From Limisphaerales bacterium (lineage in GTDB: Bacteria; Verrucomicrobiota; Verrucomicrobiia; Limisphaerales; JAJOIW01): a DNA stretch of 64,000 nt. Shown piece by piece: positions 1 to 10,532 of this stretch. Position 1 is the stretch's first letter. Every line of letters starts with the position of its first letter. The stretch spans positions 423,449-487,448 of the forward strand of contig CBFHOE010000002.1 of the NCBI GenBank assembly GCA_965657355.1. The letters run 5' to 3'. The notes beneath the pieces are model-generated. The model did not search any database. It had not been told where the DNA came from and saw nothing but the letters and a program-made list of their open reading frames with translations. The position numbers were made by a program, and so were the translations under genes.

Positions 1-447
1 CTCTTCCAAAAGGCTGTCTATTTCATCGATATTTTGCCATGCGTCTTTTACTTGAAGTCCAGGCTGGATGATCTGCATGCGCAAGTGGTCTTCCTCATTA
101 ATCATTACGCTGAACATTTCATCCTTTGAAAGAATGAGCCCACTCCCTGAATTCTTGGCGGCGTGCTCGCGACTAATAAGATGCCTCTCCACGAGGATCT
201 GTTTTTCAAGATGGGACAAGTTGTCCATAGAGTCCGAGAAACAGGAATTCATTCGAGAAAAGCCTTCGATCACGGGTCTCACATTTTCGAAAAGCCTTAT
301 GCGCTCTTGTTTTTTGGCCCACCCCGGAAAAGCATACCCTTTGAGGTTCCTTGCCAAACGGACTCGAGACGACAGCACGATCGTATGGTTGGGCCCCTGT
401 TTTTTACAGGAATCCGCAACACTAGTTAAAAATTTATCGAGTTTCAT
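1..447 (-). CDS. mcsB: Protein arginine kinase McsB (N-terminal part; runs off the window edge)
   Basis: Not in the ORF track. My reverse translation from ATG at 447 gives MKLDKFL...IVLSSRVRLARNLKGYAFPG...LVERHLIS...VMINEEDHLRMQ, the ATP:guanido phosphotransferase motifs. Confidence 0.93.
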   Translation of the reverse strand, partial: MKLDKFLTSVADSCKKQGPNHTIVLSSRVRLARNLKGYAFPGWAKKQERIRLFENVRPVIEGFSRMNSCFSDSMDNLSHLEKQILVERHLISREHAAKNSGSGLILSKDEMFSVMINEEDHLRMQIIQPGLQVKDAWQNIDEIDSLLEE

Positions 448-757
448 AATTTAAGACCAGGATATCCACATGGCTATCGTGAGCATATCTAGTCTATTTC
501 GTTTTCGGTCTTTTTCGAATTTATTTTATTCAAGCTAGGCCGACCATTCTCTATTTCTCATTTCGATAAAACTCAAATTTTAGTCCTGCTTAAAAAAATC
601 CATCGGTAAATGGGTATCAAAAGCATGATTTTGCACTGGATTGGAAATCGAAAAGAATTAAGAATCTATGGCAACCCGACAGGAGGCATTTTTGCCAAGG
701 CCTGTCATTTTGTCATACGCGGATACTAGATTCGGGAGACATTTGCCCCTTCCCTTC

Positions 758-1624
758 TCAAATTGGTTCGCCTGATCTCATTGTTAGCTCTTTGTATTTT
801 TCAACAATAGATTTGGTGTAAGACCCTGGATTTCCGTCGCCAATGACCCGTCCATCAAGTTTCACCACCGGCATAACTTCTGCTGCAGTTCCGGTTAAAA
901 AACATTCATCAGCATTGTATATATCGTATCGGGATATGTTGGGCTCAGTCACGACAAGCCCCATGGATTGCGCTATATCAATCGCCGTTTGCCGCGTGAT
1001 GCCATAGAGGGCACCTGCTTCAAGCGGCGGGGTCATCATAGATTTACCCTTGATGATAAAAATATTATCACCTGTACATTCAGCCACAAACCCTTGGGAA
1101 TTAAGCATGATCGCCTCCTCATAACCTGAGTTCAAAGCTTCAATTTTTGCCAGTATATTATTAAGGTAATTCAGAGATTTAATGGCCGGGTTGACAGCAT
1201 TTTGATGATTCCTTGTCGTTGGAACCGTAATTAAATCCATACCCTCTGTGTATAGCTTTTCAGGATAAAGCTGAATATGATCAGCGATGATGAAAATACT
1301 TGGATTAGGGCATTTGAATGGGCTTAGACCTAATGTTCCAGCCCCCCTGGTGACCACGAGGCGAATGTAGCCATCATGGATTCCATTAGCTTTACATGTT
1401 TCAACGACTGCCTTACAGATATCATCTGCAGTCATAGAAATGTTAAGCATGATGGCTTTTGCAGAGTAGAAGAGTCTTTCGACATGCTCTCTCAGCTTGA
1501 ATACACGACCATTATAGGCACGAATGCCCTCAAAAACACCGTCCCCATACAATAGTCCATGATCAAAAACTGATATTTTTGCATCGTCTTTGTCCACTAA
1601 TTCTCCGTCTAGAAAAACTTTCAT
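758..1624 (-). CDS. ilvE: Branched-chain amino acid aminotransferase (class IV PLP)
   Basis: DHGLLYGDGVFEGIRAY, KSLNYLNN, ECTGDNIF and LTGTAAEV motifs; start taken at MKVFLDG. Confidence 0.95.
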   Translation of the reverse strand: MKVFLDGELVDKDDAKISVFDHGLLYGDGVFEGIRAYNGRVFKLREHVERLFYSAKAIMLNISMTADDICKAVVETCKANGIHDGYIRLVVTRGAGTLGLSPFKCPNPSIFIIADHIQLYPEKLYTEGMDLITVPTTRNHQNAVNPAIKSLNYLNNILAKIEALNSGYEEAIMLNSQGFVAECTGDNIFIIKGKSMMTPPLEAGALYGITRQTAIDIAQSMGLVVTEPNISRYDIYNADECFLTGTAAEVMPVVKLDGRVIGDGNPGSYTKSIVEKYKELTMRSGEPI

Positions 1625-1706
1625 AAAGCTCACCCAAAGGTAAAGAAACTCGGTTTAGCGATCAACTATGATTCTTCATGAAAGTGAAATTACGCATTTT
1701 AGCAAT

Positions 1707-2411
1707 TCAGGACTGAAGATTCACGACTTTCCCATCTTCCATGAAAACCACTCGATCAGCTCGCTCGGCGAGGGAGTGGTCATGTGTGGCAATCACAAGA
1801 GTTACACCATATTTTTCTCTCATTTCAAATAGAAGATTTAAAATCTCCATTCCGGTTTTTGAATCCAAATTACCAGTGGGCTCGTCAGCCAGAAGAAATT
1901 CTGGCGAATTAATTAGTGCCCGAGCAATGGATGTTCTTTGCTGCTCACCGCCTGACATTTCGTAAGGGCGGTGATCTATGCGGTGTCCCAATCCCACACT
2001 TTCAAGAAGCTCAGCCGACTTCTTTCTTGATTTTTCAGCCCCAAAACGAGCTATCCGGGCTGGCAAACAAACATTCTCCAGAGCGGTGAGCTCAGGAAAT
2101 AAATTATACGCCTGGAATATAAATCCAACCGATTCATTTCTAAAACTGCTGAGATGTTTTTCTTTCATCAAATGCAGTTTATGGTCCCCACATACAATAT
2201 TCCCCTGATCGGCTGTATCCAGACCACCGATGATCTGTAGCAAAGTACTTTTCCCTGTCCCAGAAGCCCCCAGGAGAGCGACCACTTCAGATGGAGCTAC
2301 TTTAATATTAACACCCTTGAGGACTTCTATTTTTTTCTTCCCAAGGCTGTATGACTTATAACAGTCTTTAACACAAATTCCAGAAGAGGTCGTCGAATCA
2401 AAATTACTCAT
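1707..2411 (-). CDS. lolD: Lipoprotein-release ABC transporter ATP-binding protein (LolD-like)
   Basis: Walker A GASGTGKS, MSGGEQQR, LLADEPTGNLD; start at 2411 overlaps the stop of the permease. Confidence 0.85.
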   Translation of the reverse strand: MSNFDSTTSSGICVKDCYKSYSLGKKKIEVLKGVNIKVAPSEVVALLGASGTGKSTLLQIIGGLDTADQGNIVCGDHKLHLMKEKHLSSFRNESVGFIFQAYNLFPELTALENVCLPARIARFGAEKSRKKSAELLESVGLGHRIDHRPYEMSGGEQQRTSIARALINSPEFLLADEPTGNLDSKTGMEILNLLFEMREKYGVTLVIATHDHSLAERADRVVFMEDGKVVNLQS

Positions 2412-3687
2412 GCCGCAATGCCTCCACTGGTTTGAATCGGCCTGCATTCCATGCAGGAATAAGTCCTGCAATAAGACACATCAATAAAGCCCCTCCGCAT
2501 ATGATTAAAATATCGTTCGGGATAATTAAAGCCGGAAGCTCGGTAAATTGATAAATGCTCGCCGGAAATAATTCAAAACCGGTAATCGTGTTCATCATTT
2601 GAAGGAAATCATTGCGAATGGAGACCATTCCAATACCCAACAAAAACCCAAGTGAGACGCCAATGATTCCAACGAATACAGATTGAGCTAAAAATATTCC
2701 CATGATTTGAGACCGACCCGCTCCCAATGCTTTTAAGATACCAATTTCTCTTGTCTTTTGGATAACGAAAGCAATTAAAGTCCCCATGATTCCAAAAGCA
2801 GCAACAAGCATAATGAAGAACAGGATGTAAAACATAACATTTTTCTCGACCATAATAGCATCGAGTATGCTGCTCTTTCTTTCAAGCCATGTGGTGAGTC
2901 TGTATTCACTACCAACGATTGTAGATAGTTTATCTCTTACCTTAGCGGCTTCCATGGGGTCGTCCAGCATCAGCTGAACTCCATGAACAAGGTCCTCACC
3001 ACCGAGACCGAACAGATCCTGGCAATCCCATAAGTTAAGTACGATGATGTTGGAATTAAACTCGTAGTAACCCACATCATAGAGACCTTCGACAACAAAT
3101 TCTTCGGGGAAGATGGCTAACTTTTCGCCAGAATCCAAAGCCTTTTGCATGTTTTTGAGATTGCCATAAGAGTGGACAGCAATAGTATCGCCTACTGCAA
3201 TGCCCAGGTCTGCAGCTAAATCAACACCCAAGTAGACTACCCTTCCGGGAAAATCCATTTCCTTACCACCAAGGATATTTTGATGAATGGTCGAAACGGA
3301 TTTTTCGTGCACTGGATGGACGCCTCGAGCAAATGGAGCGTAAACTTCTGATCCCCCGTTGGCCCTAAAAACTTCCATCATGACTGGCCCCACAACAATA
3401 GGTGCTGCTCCTCGAACACCAGATTGGCCCTTGACCTTTTCTATAACCTCATCGTAGCTGGCGAGTGGGCTTCCAAAGCCATCGGTAATAAGTATGTGGG
3501 GTTCGAAGCCAAGTAATGTCTCACGTAGCTGCCGGTCAAATCCTGACATCACACTGATGACAACAATAAGAACTCCTACCCCGAGTACCACACCCATTAC
3601 TGAAATTAGTGTGATGACCGATATAAAATTTCGGCTCGGCCGCAGATAACGAAGAGCCAAAAAAGATTCAAAAGGAAGTTGAAGCAT
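2404..3687 (-). CDS. Lipoprotein-release ABC transporter permease (LolC/E family)
   Basis: ALRYLR...SVITLISVMGV...VISVMSGF N-terminus, KTREIGILKALGA, PVEALRHE C-terminus. Confidence 0.9.
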   Translation of the reverse strand: MLQLPFESFLALRYLRPSRNFISVITLISVMGVVLGVGVLIVVISVMSGFDRQLRETLLGFEPHILITDGFGSPLASYDEVIEKVKGQSGVRGAAPIVVGPVMMEVFRANGGSEVYAPFARGVHPVHEKSVSTIHQNILGGKEMDFPGRVVYLGVDLAADLGIAVGDTIAVHSYGNLKNMQKALDSGEKLAIFPEEFVVEGLYDVGYYEFNSNIIVLNLWDCQDLFGLGGEDLVHGVQLMLDDPMEAAKVRDKLSTIVGSEYRLTTWLERKSSILDAIMVEKNVMFYILFFIMLVAAFGIMGTLIAFVIQKTREIGILKALGAGRSQIMGIFLAQSVFVGIIGVSLGFLLGIGMVSIRNDFLQMMNTITGFELFPASIYQFTELPALIIPNDILIICGGALLMCLIAGLIPAWNAGRFKPVEALRHE

Positions 3688-3696
3688 CGTTTTGTA

Positions 3697-4584
3697 TTAA
3701 ACGCCCTTGCGACCAGGAAATGTCAATTCAGCCACGCCTGACTTGTCTAGTTCACCTAGACCAAGGTCAATGAGTCGATCGTATTGCTTCTTGGTAGCAA
3801 GAGCCAAGGGAAGTTCTATTCCATTGGCCTTGGCAAGATCATAGGCAATTCCGGAATCTTTTGAAGCATGTGCAGCACTAAAGTAACAATCGTGGTCGCG
3901 ATCAATCATATCATCACTGTCAGTTTCCAGAACTCGCGAATTGGCTCCAGTCTGAGAGAAAACTTCAACTAACATTTTAAGGTCAAGATTGAGAGCCGCC
4001 CCCAGACCAAGGCCTTCAGCCAAAGCAGCTGTATTGATATTCATGACCATATTGACCAAGGCCTTGACTTTTGCAGCCTCTCCAGCGGCTCCGACATACC
4101 TCATAGAAGAACTGAGCTTTTCAAGGAGGTCTTTGTTGCTTTGAAAGACAGATTCCTCACCCCCGAGCATGAGGTAGAGCGTACCTTGTCTAGCCTGAGG
4201 AATGCTCGATGCCATGCATGCTTCCAAGCTTTGGCAACCATTCGCCTTCGAGGCCTTTTCGATTTCTTGATGTATCCCCGGAGATAATGTCGCACAATTG
4301 ATAAAAGTTTTGCCGTCACCCGAATCGAGTAAACTCTCTCCATTATCAAAGAAAATAGATCTCATTGCGGAGTCATCGCTAACCACGGTGAATACGACGT
4401 CACATTCAGATGCAAGGTCTTTAACACTCGAGCAAGACTGGCACGCCAACTCATCAGCGAGCTCACCGGCAACCTCGGAATTAATATCAAAAACAGCGAC
4501 AACCTTTTCACCGCAATCTTTAAGTCGACGAGCCATATTTGCTCCCATGCGGCCAACTCCGACAAATCCTACTTTTCTAGACAT
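3697..4584 (-). CDS. NAD(P)-dependent oxidoreductase, 3-hydroxyisobutyrate dehydrogenase family
   Basis: GFVGVGRMGANMA Rossmann motif; AAKVKALVN catalytic Lys region. Confidence 0.85.
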   Translation of the reverse strand: MSRKVGFVGVGRMGANMARRLKDCGEKVVAVFDINSEVAGELADELACQSCSSVKDLASECDVVFTVVSDDSAMRSIFFDNGESLLDSGDGKTFINCATLSPGIHQEIEKASKANGCQSLEACMASSIPQARQGTLYLMLGGEESVFQSNKDLLEKLSSSMRYVGAAGEAAKVKALVNMVMNINTAALAEGLGLGAALNLDLKMLVEVFSQTGANSRVLETDSDDMIDRDHDCYFSAAHASKDSGIAYDLAKANGIELPLALATKKQYDRLIDLGLGELDKSGVAELTFPGRKGV

Positions 4585-4664
4585 GAAATTATATTACTCC
4601 AGCGACGATAATTCTTCCAGAATTATGAACAGTTTTGTAAAGGCCTGAGAATCCGACAATGGTC

Positions 4665-5468
4665 TTAGATATGAGGTATTAAGAATGGATTGTGCGCGCG
4701 CTCCATCCCCACTGTCGACAGAGCTCCGTGACCGGGGCAAATTATGCAATCTTCGGGCAAAGTTATAATTTCCTTTAAGTTTGATTTAAGGGCCGAGTGG
4801 TAGTCGACTTTACCGCCCCCCATGGACCATGCAAAAATCGCGTCCCCAACTATGGCCAAGGAGGGTAAAGTTGAATAATGATTGAGAACATATGTAGTCC
4901 CCCCAATCGAGTGGCCGTTGGTCAATCTTGATTCGATAGACAAGTCACCGAGTTGCCATGTTTTCCCGGGTTTGAACGAGGAAGTTCCCTCTAAGTATTC
5001 ATTTTCTGAGGACCAGATATTTTGGTCATCTACCAAGTGTGCGATATCTTTCAGGCATGCAATATGATCACGATGATTATGGGTGATAAAAATATGTTCG
5101 AGGCTCAATTTATTATCTTTGAGAAAATTTTTTATAGCGGATGCATCCGTCCCAGTATCGAACAATACAGCTTTTCCATCGTCTAACCGAAGCAAGTATG
5201 AATTGACAAGCATTGTATGCCAACAGGATGTAAAAACCACGAGATTATCGGGGGGGGACACTGCTGGAGGCGCCGGACATTTTGATAAAGCGATCAAGGA
5301 GGCTGGATCCAGGTTTAATATCTGAGCTATTTTTGATAAGACATCCTCACTGGGAGGTTTTTCTTCACATAGATCATCATGAATCAATGCCTCTGGCTTC
5401 ACTCCTAATCCGGAAGAAGCCTTACAAACAACGTCATACCAATTGTCCTCGAGAAAATTAGAATTCAT
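4665..5468 (-). CDS. MBL-fold metallo-hydrolase with N-terminal extension
   Basis: THNHRDH, GHS, GDAIF and CPGHG metal-binding motifs. Confidence 0.85.
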   Translation of the reverse strand: MNSNFLEDNWYDVVCKASSGLGVKPEALIHDDLCEEKPPSEDVLSKIAQILNLDPASLIALSKCPAPPAVSPPDNLVVFTSCWHTMLVNSYLLRLDDGKAVLFDTGTDASAIKNFLKDNKLSLEHIFITHNHRDHIACLKDIAHLVDDQNIWSSENEYLEGTSSFKPGKTWQLGDLSIESRLTNGHSIGGTTYVLNHYSTLPSLAIVGDAIFAWSMGGGKVDYHSALKSNLKEIITLPEDCIICPGHGALSTVGMERAHNPFLIPHI

Positions 5469-5589
5469 ATCAGCTTAAGTGAGTTTGAGAATATTTCATA
5501 ATTATTGAATCATCAATGACTATGAGAAATTATAGTTATGACAATGGGTCAGATTAGATTATTGTTTGAGAGTATGTCGTGATTTAAAT

Positions 5590-6720
5590 ATGAAGGAGAA
5601 AGATGCGTTAGATTTAATTTCATTGAAAAACCATATCCGAAAAAAGATTGAGGAAAATGGCCCTATAACCTTTGACGCATTTATGGATGAAGCCCTTTAT
5701 CACAAAGATTGGGGATATTATGAAAAATGCGAATTGAATCAGGTCGGCAAAACTGGAGATTTTATGACCAGCGTCTCGGTCGGAGAAGCCTTCGGCAAGC
5801 TTCTCGCTCTTAAATTAATATCCCTCGCAAAAAAAACACCACATCAAAATAAACCAATAATAGTTGAAGCAGGCGCACACGATGCTCAACTCGCGGACGA
5901 TATTTTAAATGCAGTGGAGACTTTGGGATCCTCTGATTCTTTTCGAAAATATACCATCATTGAACCATCCAATTCGCGTAGAGCCTATCAAATGAAAAAG
6001 CTCAACAAAACTCCAATTGATGTCGAATGGTTAACAACTATTGAAGAACTACCGGATAACATTCCGATTATATTTCTTTCAAATGAGTTATTTGATGCGA
6101 TGCCATTTCGTCGGATTTATTGGAATAAAAATTCTCTCAGTTGGATGGAATGGCTTGTTACTTTTTCCGAGGACAATTTTTCATGGATACCAGCAGAAAC
6201 CACGGTAAACAACCAATCAATGGTGCTGCAGGCTAGACTCGATGTTGAGAAAGAGCTAGCACGACACATCCCCGACCACTTTACGATTGAAGTGTCTCCA
6301 AACTCCGTTGACTACTACCAAAAATTACTCAATAGAATAAATTCAGGATTTGTTATCACGATTGATTATGGCCAGACCGGGGAGCAATGGCTACAGCCAC
6401 ACAAAGTAAAGGGAACGCTAAGGGGATATCAAAATCATAAACTGGTGGATAACGAACTCGCTCACCCGGGTTCCTGCGACCTCACTTGTGATGTCTGCTT
6501 TCAGGACCTTGAATTAACAGGAAAACAAGCAGGGTTTGGGACTGAATTTTGTGGAACCCAACAATCCTACCTAACTCATGTCTTGAGAGAAAACCAGTCT
6601 CTCATTAATCATAACCAAACGTTTTGGGGACAGAAAGATAACCGACAATTCCTGACATTGGTCTCACCTCAATTTTTTGGAGCTCGATTTAAAGTTCTTG
6701 AACAAAGCCTCTTCGTGTAA
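5590..6720 (+). CDS. SAM-dependent methyltransferase, MidA/NDUFAF7 family
   Basis: GPITFDAFMDEALY..GYY, GDFMTS, EAGA, SNELFDAMP, IDYG, CDLTCDV motifs. Confidence 0.85.
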   Translation: MKEKDALDLISLKNHIRKKIEENGPITFDAFMDEALYHKDWGYYEKCELNQVGKTGDFMTSVSVGEAFGKLLALKLISLAKKTPHQNKPIIVEAGAHDAQLADDILNAVETLGSSDSFRKYTIIEPSNSRRAYQMKKLNKTPIDVEWLTTIEELPDNIPIIFLSNELFDAMPFRRIYWNKNSLSWMEWLVTFSEDNFSWIPAETTVNNQSMVLQARLDVEKELARHIPDHFTIEVSPNSVDYYQKLLNRINSGFVITIDYGQTGEQWLQPHKVKGTLRGYQNHKLVDNELAHPGSCDLTCDVCFQDLELTGKQAGFGTEFCGTQQSYLTHVLRENQSLINHNQTFWGQKDNRQFLTLVSPQFFGARFKVLEQSLFV

Positions 6721-9700
6721 GCTCATCATAAACATCTTTAAAAGATAATTTAATGGCTTCGACTTTTTGAATATTAAGTTCCTCTAGGCCATTTTCTTTT
6801 AGCTCAGTTTCAAGGCGCTTACAAAGGTGATTAAGCCGCGGTGCCCCTAAATTACTTGAGGACCCCTTCAGAGTATGAGCAACTTTCAGAGCCGATTGGG
6901 TGTCTTGTGTCTCAAGGGCCTGATCAAGAGATTTGAGCCGATCATTGGTATCTTTTACAAAAAGCTTAACGAGCCGCTCGATCATTTCGTGATCCTCAGA
7001 ATTTGGTTCGTATTTTTCGGGAACAAGATCGGATTCTATGACAGGAAAGGTTAATAAAGATGATTTTTGGTCGTCTTGCCCCTCCGCACTAGGTGGACTT
7101 TTTGTGGTCTGGTTAGCTACTTCTTTTTTGGCAAAAAGATACTTCTTTAATACCGATTCAAGATAGGGGAGCCTGACAGGCTTAGCCAGGTAGTCCGTCA
7201 TACCTGCTTCAACACATTTTCGCTTATCCTCGTCCATTGTGTTAGCCGTCATTGCGATAATAGGTATGGAATCAGTTTTAGAGTGACTTGTTTCAATCTC
7301 TCGAATTTTTTGAGTGGCGGCATAACCATCCATCTCAGGCATCTGGCAATCCATAAAAATGAGGTCGAATTCCTTTTTCTCAAACTCTTCGACTGCCTCG
7401 AGACCATTCGCGGCAAAAACGAGATTCTCAGCTCCATATCGCATCAATTGACGACGAGCTAACCCTGAGTTAAATGGATTATCTTCAACGACCATAATAG
7501 AGAATCGTTTCAAGGCATCAGGCTCCGATAGTGGATCTTCCTGCCGACTGCTTTTAACATCATCAAGGGACTGGTCATCGCCAGAAAGGTCTGGAAACAA
7601 TAATTGCTCAAGTCTATTTTCCTGAAGAGGTTTGTATAATTTCTGAGTTTCGGACGGGGTCCACTCGCTTACGACGAGCTCGCTTTTAACTGGCGTAATA
7701 AGAACCACTTTCTCGGCTGGCCATGTAGATAAAAACTTTTGAATATGATCCATAGCCTCCCATTCCTCAGGACCGGCAGGAACCCCCAAAAATAAGTGGG
7801 TATCTTTATCAAATTGTTCGTGTGGAAGGGTTTTTTCAGCCTCTATAACAGTGACACCCAGACCATAGTTCAAAAGAATCATTCGAGTCGTCTCTACCCA
7901 TCGTTGGTTTTTCCCCCACAGGGCTATTCTTTTTACTACAGGTTCATGTGAGCTTATCAGAGAACCTCTTTCTTCTATTACCATTGAAGGAAGAACAACC
8001 CAAAACTTGGACCCCTGTCCGGCCTGACTCTCAACACCGACGCTGCCCCCCATTAACTCAGCAAGGTTCTTGATGATAGCCAATCCAAGACCTGTGCCTC
8101 CGTATCTTCTAGCCATACTCCCATCGGCTTGCGTAAAAGCCTGAAAGAGTTGTGATAAAGCATTTGATTCAATTCCAATCCCAGTATCTTCAACAGATAG
8201 TTTTAAGGTAATGTTTTTATTATCTCTTTCTAGGATTTTGAGGCTGACCACGATTTCACCATTGTCTGTAAACTTGATAGCATTATTGATAAGATTAATG
8301 AGGATTTGCTGAATTCTTAGAGGGTCCCCTTCCAAGATTTGTGGAACATCTTTTTGGCAATCAACAATGAGTTCCAAGCCCTTTGAGTGGCCTTTCTCAC
8401 CAAATATTTCTGCGGTTTCACCGACCAACCTTCGAAGATCGATGGGCAATTTCTCAATCTTAAGTTTTCCTGCCTCCATTTTTGAGAAATCTAAGATGTC
8501 ATCCACCATGGAATGCAATGTTTCTGCGCTTTGTCCGATTGTCTGGACGAGCTCTTTTTGTTCTGGGTTTTGGTGCGTTTCTCTCAGTAACTCACAATTT
8601 CCGATAATGGCATTCATAGGGGTTCTGATTTCATGTGAGACATTCGCTAAAAATTCAGATTTAACCCGAGCCAATTCTAGGGCACCATCACGCGCGCGTT
8701 GGAGTTCATACTCAGCTTCTTTCAAAGGAGTGACATCATTGACCAATCCAACTATCCCGGTGATGTGCCCCTGGGTCGAGTAGATTGGAAATTTTGTCAC
8801 CATCCCCCAAGAACTTTTTCCATCTTCATGAATAGTCTCCTGAAGCTTATTGAGTATAGGTTTTCCTGAGGATATGATGGCATCTTCTTGGGCCATTAAT
8901 TCGCGAGCTTTTTCATGTGAGAAGAAATCATAATCAGTCTTTCCAAGCACTTGGTCATGGGACTCCAGTTTGAGATAGTCCAACATGGCCTTACTAACCT
9001 TTAGATACCGACACCCCGTGTCTTTGAAGAAAATTAAATCAGGACTACTATCAAGAAGAGCCTGGTGAAGGTCCCTTTCGAACTGAAGCGTCTCCTCCAT
9101 TTTTTTCTTTTCGGTCACATCCCAGAATATTCCTTGAATCCCAATAACATTGCCCTGAGCATCATAAAGAGGATTCTTGACAACTTGGACAAATTTCCTT
9201 TCACCTGACGAGTCTCTATATTCCTCGATAGTTTCAAAGGCGATCAGAGTATCGAGGATAGCTTTGTCGTCTTTTTGATATTTCTCTGCAAGGTCTTCAG
9301 GAAAAAAATCAAAATCCGTATTTCCAATAATATTTTCGATGGATTCCCCCAAAGCACGAGCGAAGTTTTCATTAGCAAAAGTGAATATACCCTCACGGTT
9401 TTTTCGAAATATATTTTGGGGCAGTGACTCAACCAGTGAGTGGTATAAAGTTTCACTATTTTCCAAGGCCTGACGGGCCTCTCTTTCGGATGTGATGTTC
9501 TGAACTGTTCCCTCGTAGTATTTGAGGTTACCATTTTCGTCAGTCACTCTTCTGGCACTTTCTGTGATCCAGATTTTCGTCATGTCCTTACGAAAAATTT
9601 GTGATTCAAATCCGGTGATAGTGTCTTGTTCTGCCATCAATTTGACAAATTCAAGGCGCCGAACCGGATCGACGTATAATTGCTTTTCGATATCGTTAAT

Positions 9701-10360
9701 TGCATGAATCAGATCATCTGGAGAATCGTATCCATATATTTCAACCAGAGTTTTGTTTACATCCAGATAATTGCCATCTGGAGAACTTTGATAAATCCCC
9801 TCAACAACATTATCAAATATGGAATGATATTTCGCCTCAGTCTCCCTGAGTATCGCTTCAGTTTCTTGCTGTTGTGAAAATTGGAAGTGAAGAAAAAGCA
9901 AATCAACAATTTGCCTCAAAAAGGCCTGAATGATCTTCTTAGATTCATGCCTCAAATGGGATTCGCCCGCCAGCCCGCAAACAAGAACATTGATGCGAAG
10001 AGACTCAAGATTTTTAAAAAAACCCCCTATCTCAAGCCCCTGGGATTCACCGGCAAAAATCTCAGGATGCTGGTTCTGGATCTGCTCTCTTAATTTTTGA
10101 GATGAAATTTGGCCATCGACGATCCAATCATCTTGAATGCATTGCCAATCCCAATTCTTGAATAGAGATCCTATATCCGAATTTTGATCGCCGAGAATGA
10201 TATCCCTTTTTCGACGACCCACTTCCAAATGGATAATGGATTGAAAGACATCAAAACCCATGGATGCTAATGAGAACACATGCTGGAATGGTTCCATCGT
10301 CAATTTATCCAAAAAATACCTAATCGTTGCCGTATCGGCCTGGTTTCCCACTTGTGTCAT
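6689..10360 (-). CDS. Hybrid sensor histidine kinase (three PAS, HisKA/HATPase, REC, Hpt)
   Basis: FLANVSHEIRTPMN, NLINNAIKFT, DTGIG, GGTGLGL, FMDCQMPEMDG and Hpt AHTLKGSS. Confidence 0.92.
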   Translation of the reverse strand: MTQVGNQADTATIRYFLDKLTMEPFQHVFSLASMGFDVFQSIIHLEVGRRKRDIILGDQNSDIGSLFKNWDWQCIQDDWIVDGQISSQKLREQIQNQHPEIFAGESQGLEIGGFFKNLESLRINVLVCGLAGESHLRHESKKIIQAFLRQIVDLLFLHFQFSQQQETEAILRETEAKYHSIFDNVVEGIYQSSPDGNYLDVNKTLVEIYGYDSPDDLIHAINDIEKQLYVDPVRRLEFVKLMAEQDTITGFESQIFRKDMTKIWITESARRVTDENGNLKYYEGTVQNITSEREARQALENSETLYHSLVESLPQNIFRKNREGIFTFANENFARALGESIENIIGNTDFDFFPEDLAEKYQKDDKAILDTLIAFETIEEYRDSSGERKFVQVVKNPLYDAQGNVIGIQGIFWDVTEKKKMEETLQFERDLHQALLDSSPDLIFFKDTGCRYLKVSKAMLDYLKLESHDQVLGKTDYDFFSHEKARELMAQEDAIISSGKPILNKLQETIHEDGKSSWGMVTKFPIYSTQGHITGIVGLVNDVTPLKEAEYELQRARDGALELARVKSEFLANVSHEIRTPMNAIIGNCELLRETHQNPEQKELVQTIGQSAETLHSMVDDILDFSKMEAGKLKIEKLPIDLRRLVGETAEIFGEKGHSKGLELIVDCQKDVPQILEGDPLRIQQILINLINNAIKFTDNGEIVVSLKILERDNKNITLKLSVEDTGIGIESNALSQLFQAFTQADGSMARRYGGTGLGLAIIKNLAELMGGSVGVESQAGQGSKFWVVLPSMVIEERGSLISSHEPVVKRIALWGKNQRWVETTRMILLNYGLGVTVIEAEKTLPHEQFDKDTHLFLGVPAGPEEWEAMDHIQKFLSTWPAEKVVLITPVKSELVVSEWTPSETQKLYKPLQENRLEQLLFPDLSGDDQSLDDVKSSRQEDPLSEPDALKRFSIMVVEDNPFNSGLARRQLMRYGAENLVFAANGLEAVEEFEKKEFDLIFMDCQMPEMDGYAATQKIREIETSHSKTDSIPIIAMTANTMDEDKRKCVEAGMTDYLAKPVRLPYLESVLKKYLFAKKEVANQTTKSPPSAEGQDDQKSSLLTFPVIESDLVPEKYEPNSEDHEMIERLVKLFVKDTNDRLKSLDQALETQDTQSALKVAHTLKGSSSNLGAPRLNHLCKRLETELKENGLEELNIQKVEAIKLSFKDVYDELTRRGFVQEL

Positions 10361-10532
10361 CAGGGCAATCTTTCTGTTTCAGAGCTTAATTTATATCAAA
10401 TAGTAAAAAAATTAACCACATTCAATAGTCACCTCAGGATGGTTGGACAAAGTCCTGGGATCAGCTTAAGTTGCTGGCTTATTCTTGATTGGAAATAATC
10501 ATAGAATTCCATTGAGGAACTCATTCGAAAAC

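Noticed and set aside
68..454. Plus-strand ORFs 68..454 and 163..429
   Set aside because: They are antisense shadows of mcsB. The same applies to the many short ORFs nested in long genes.
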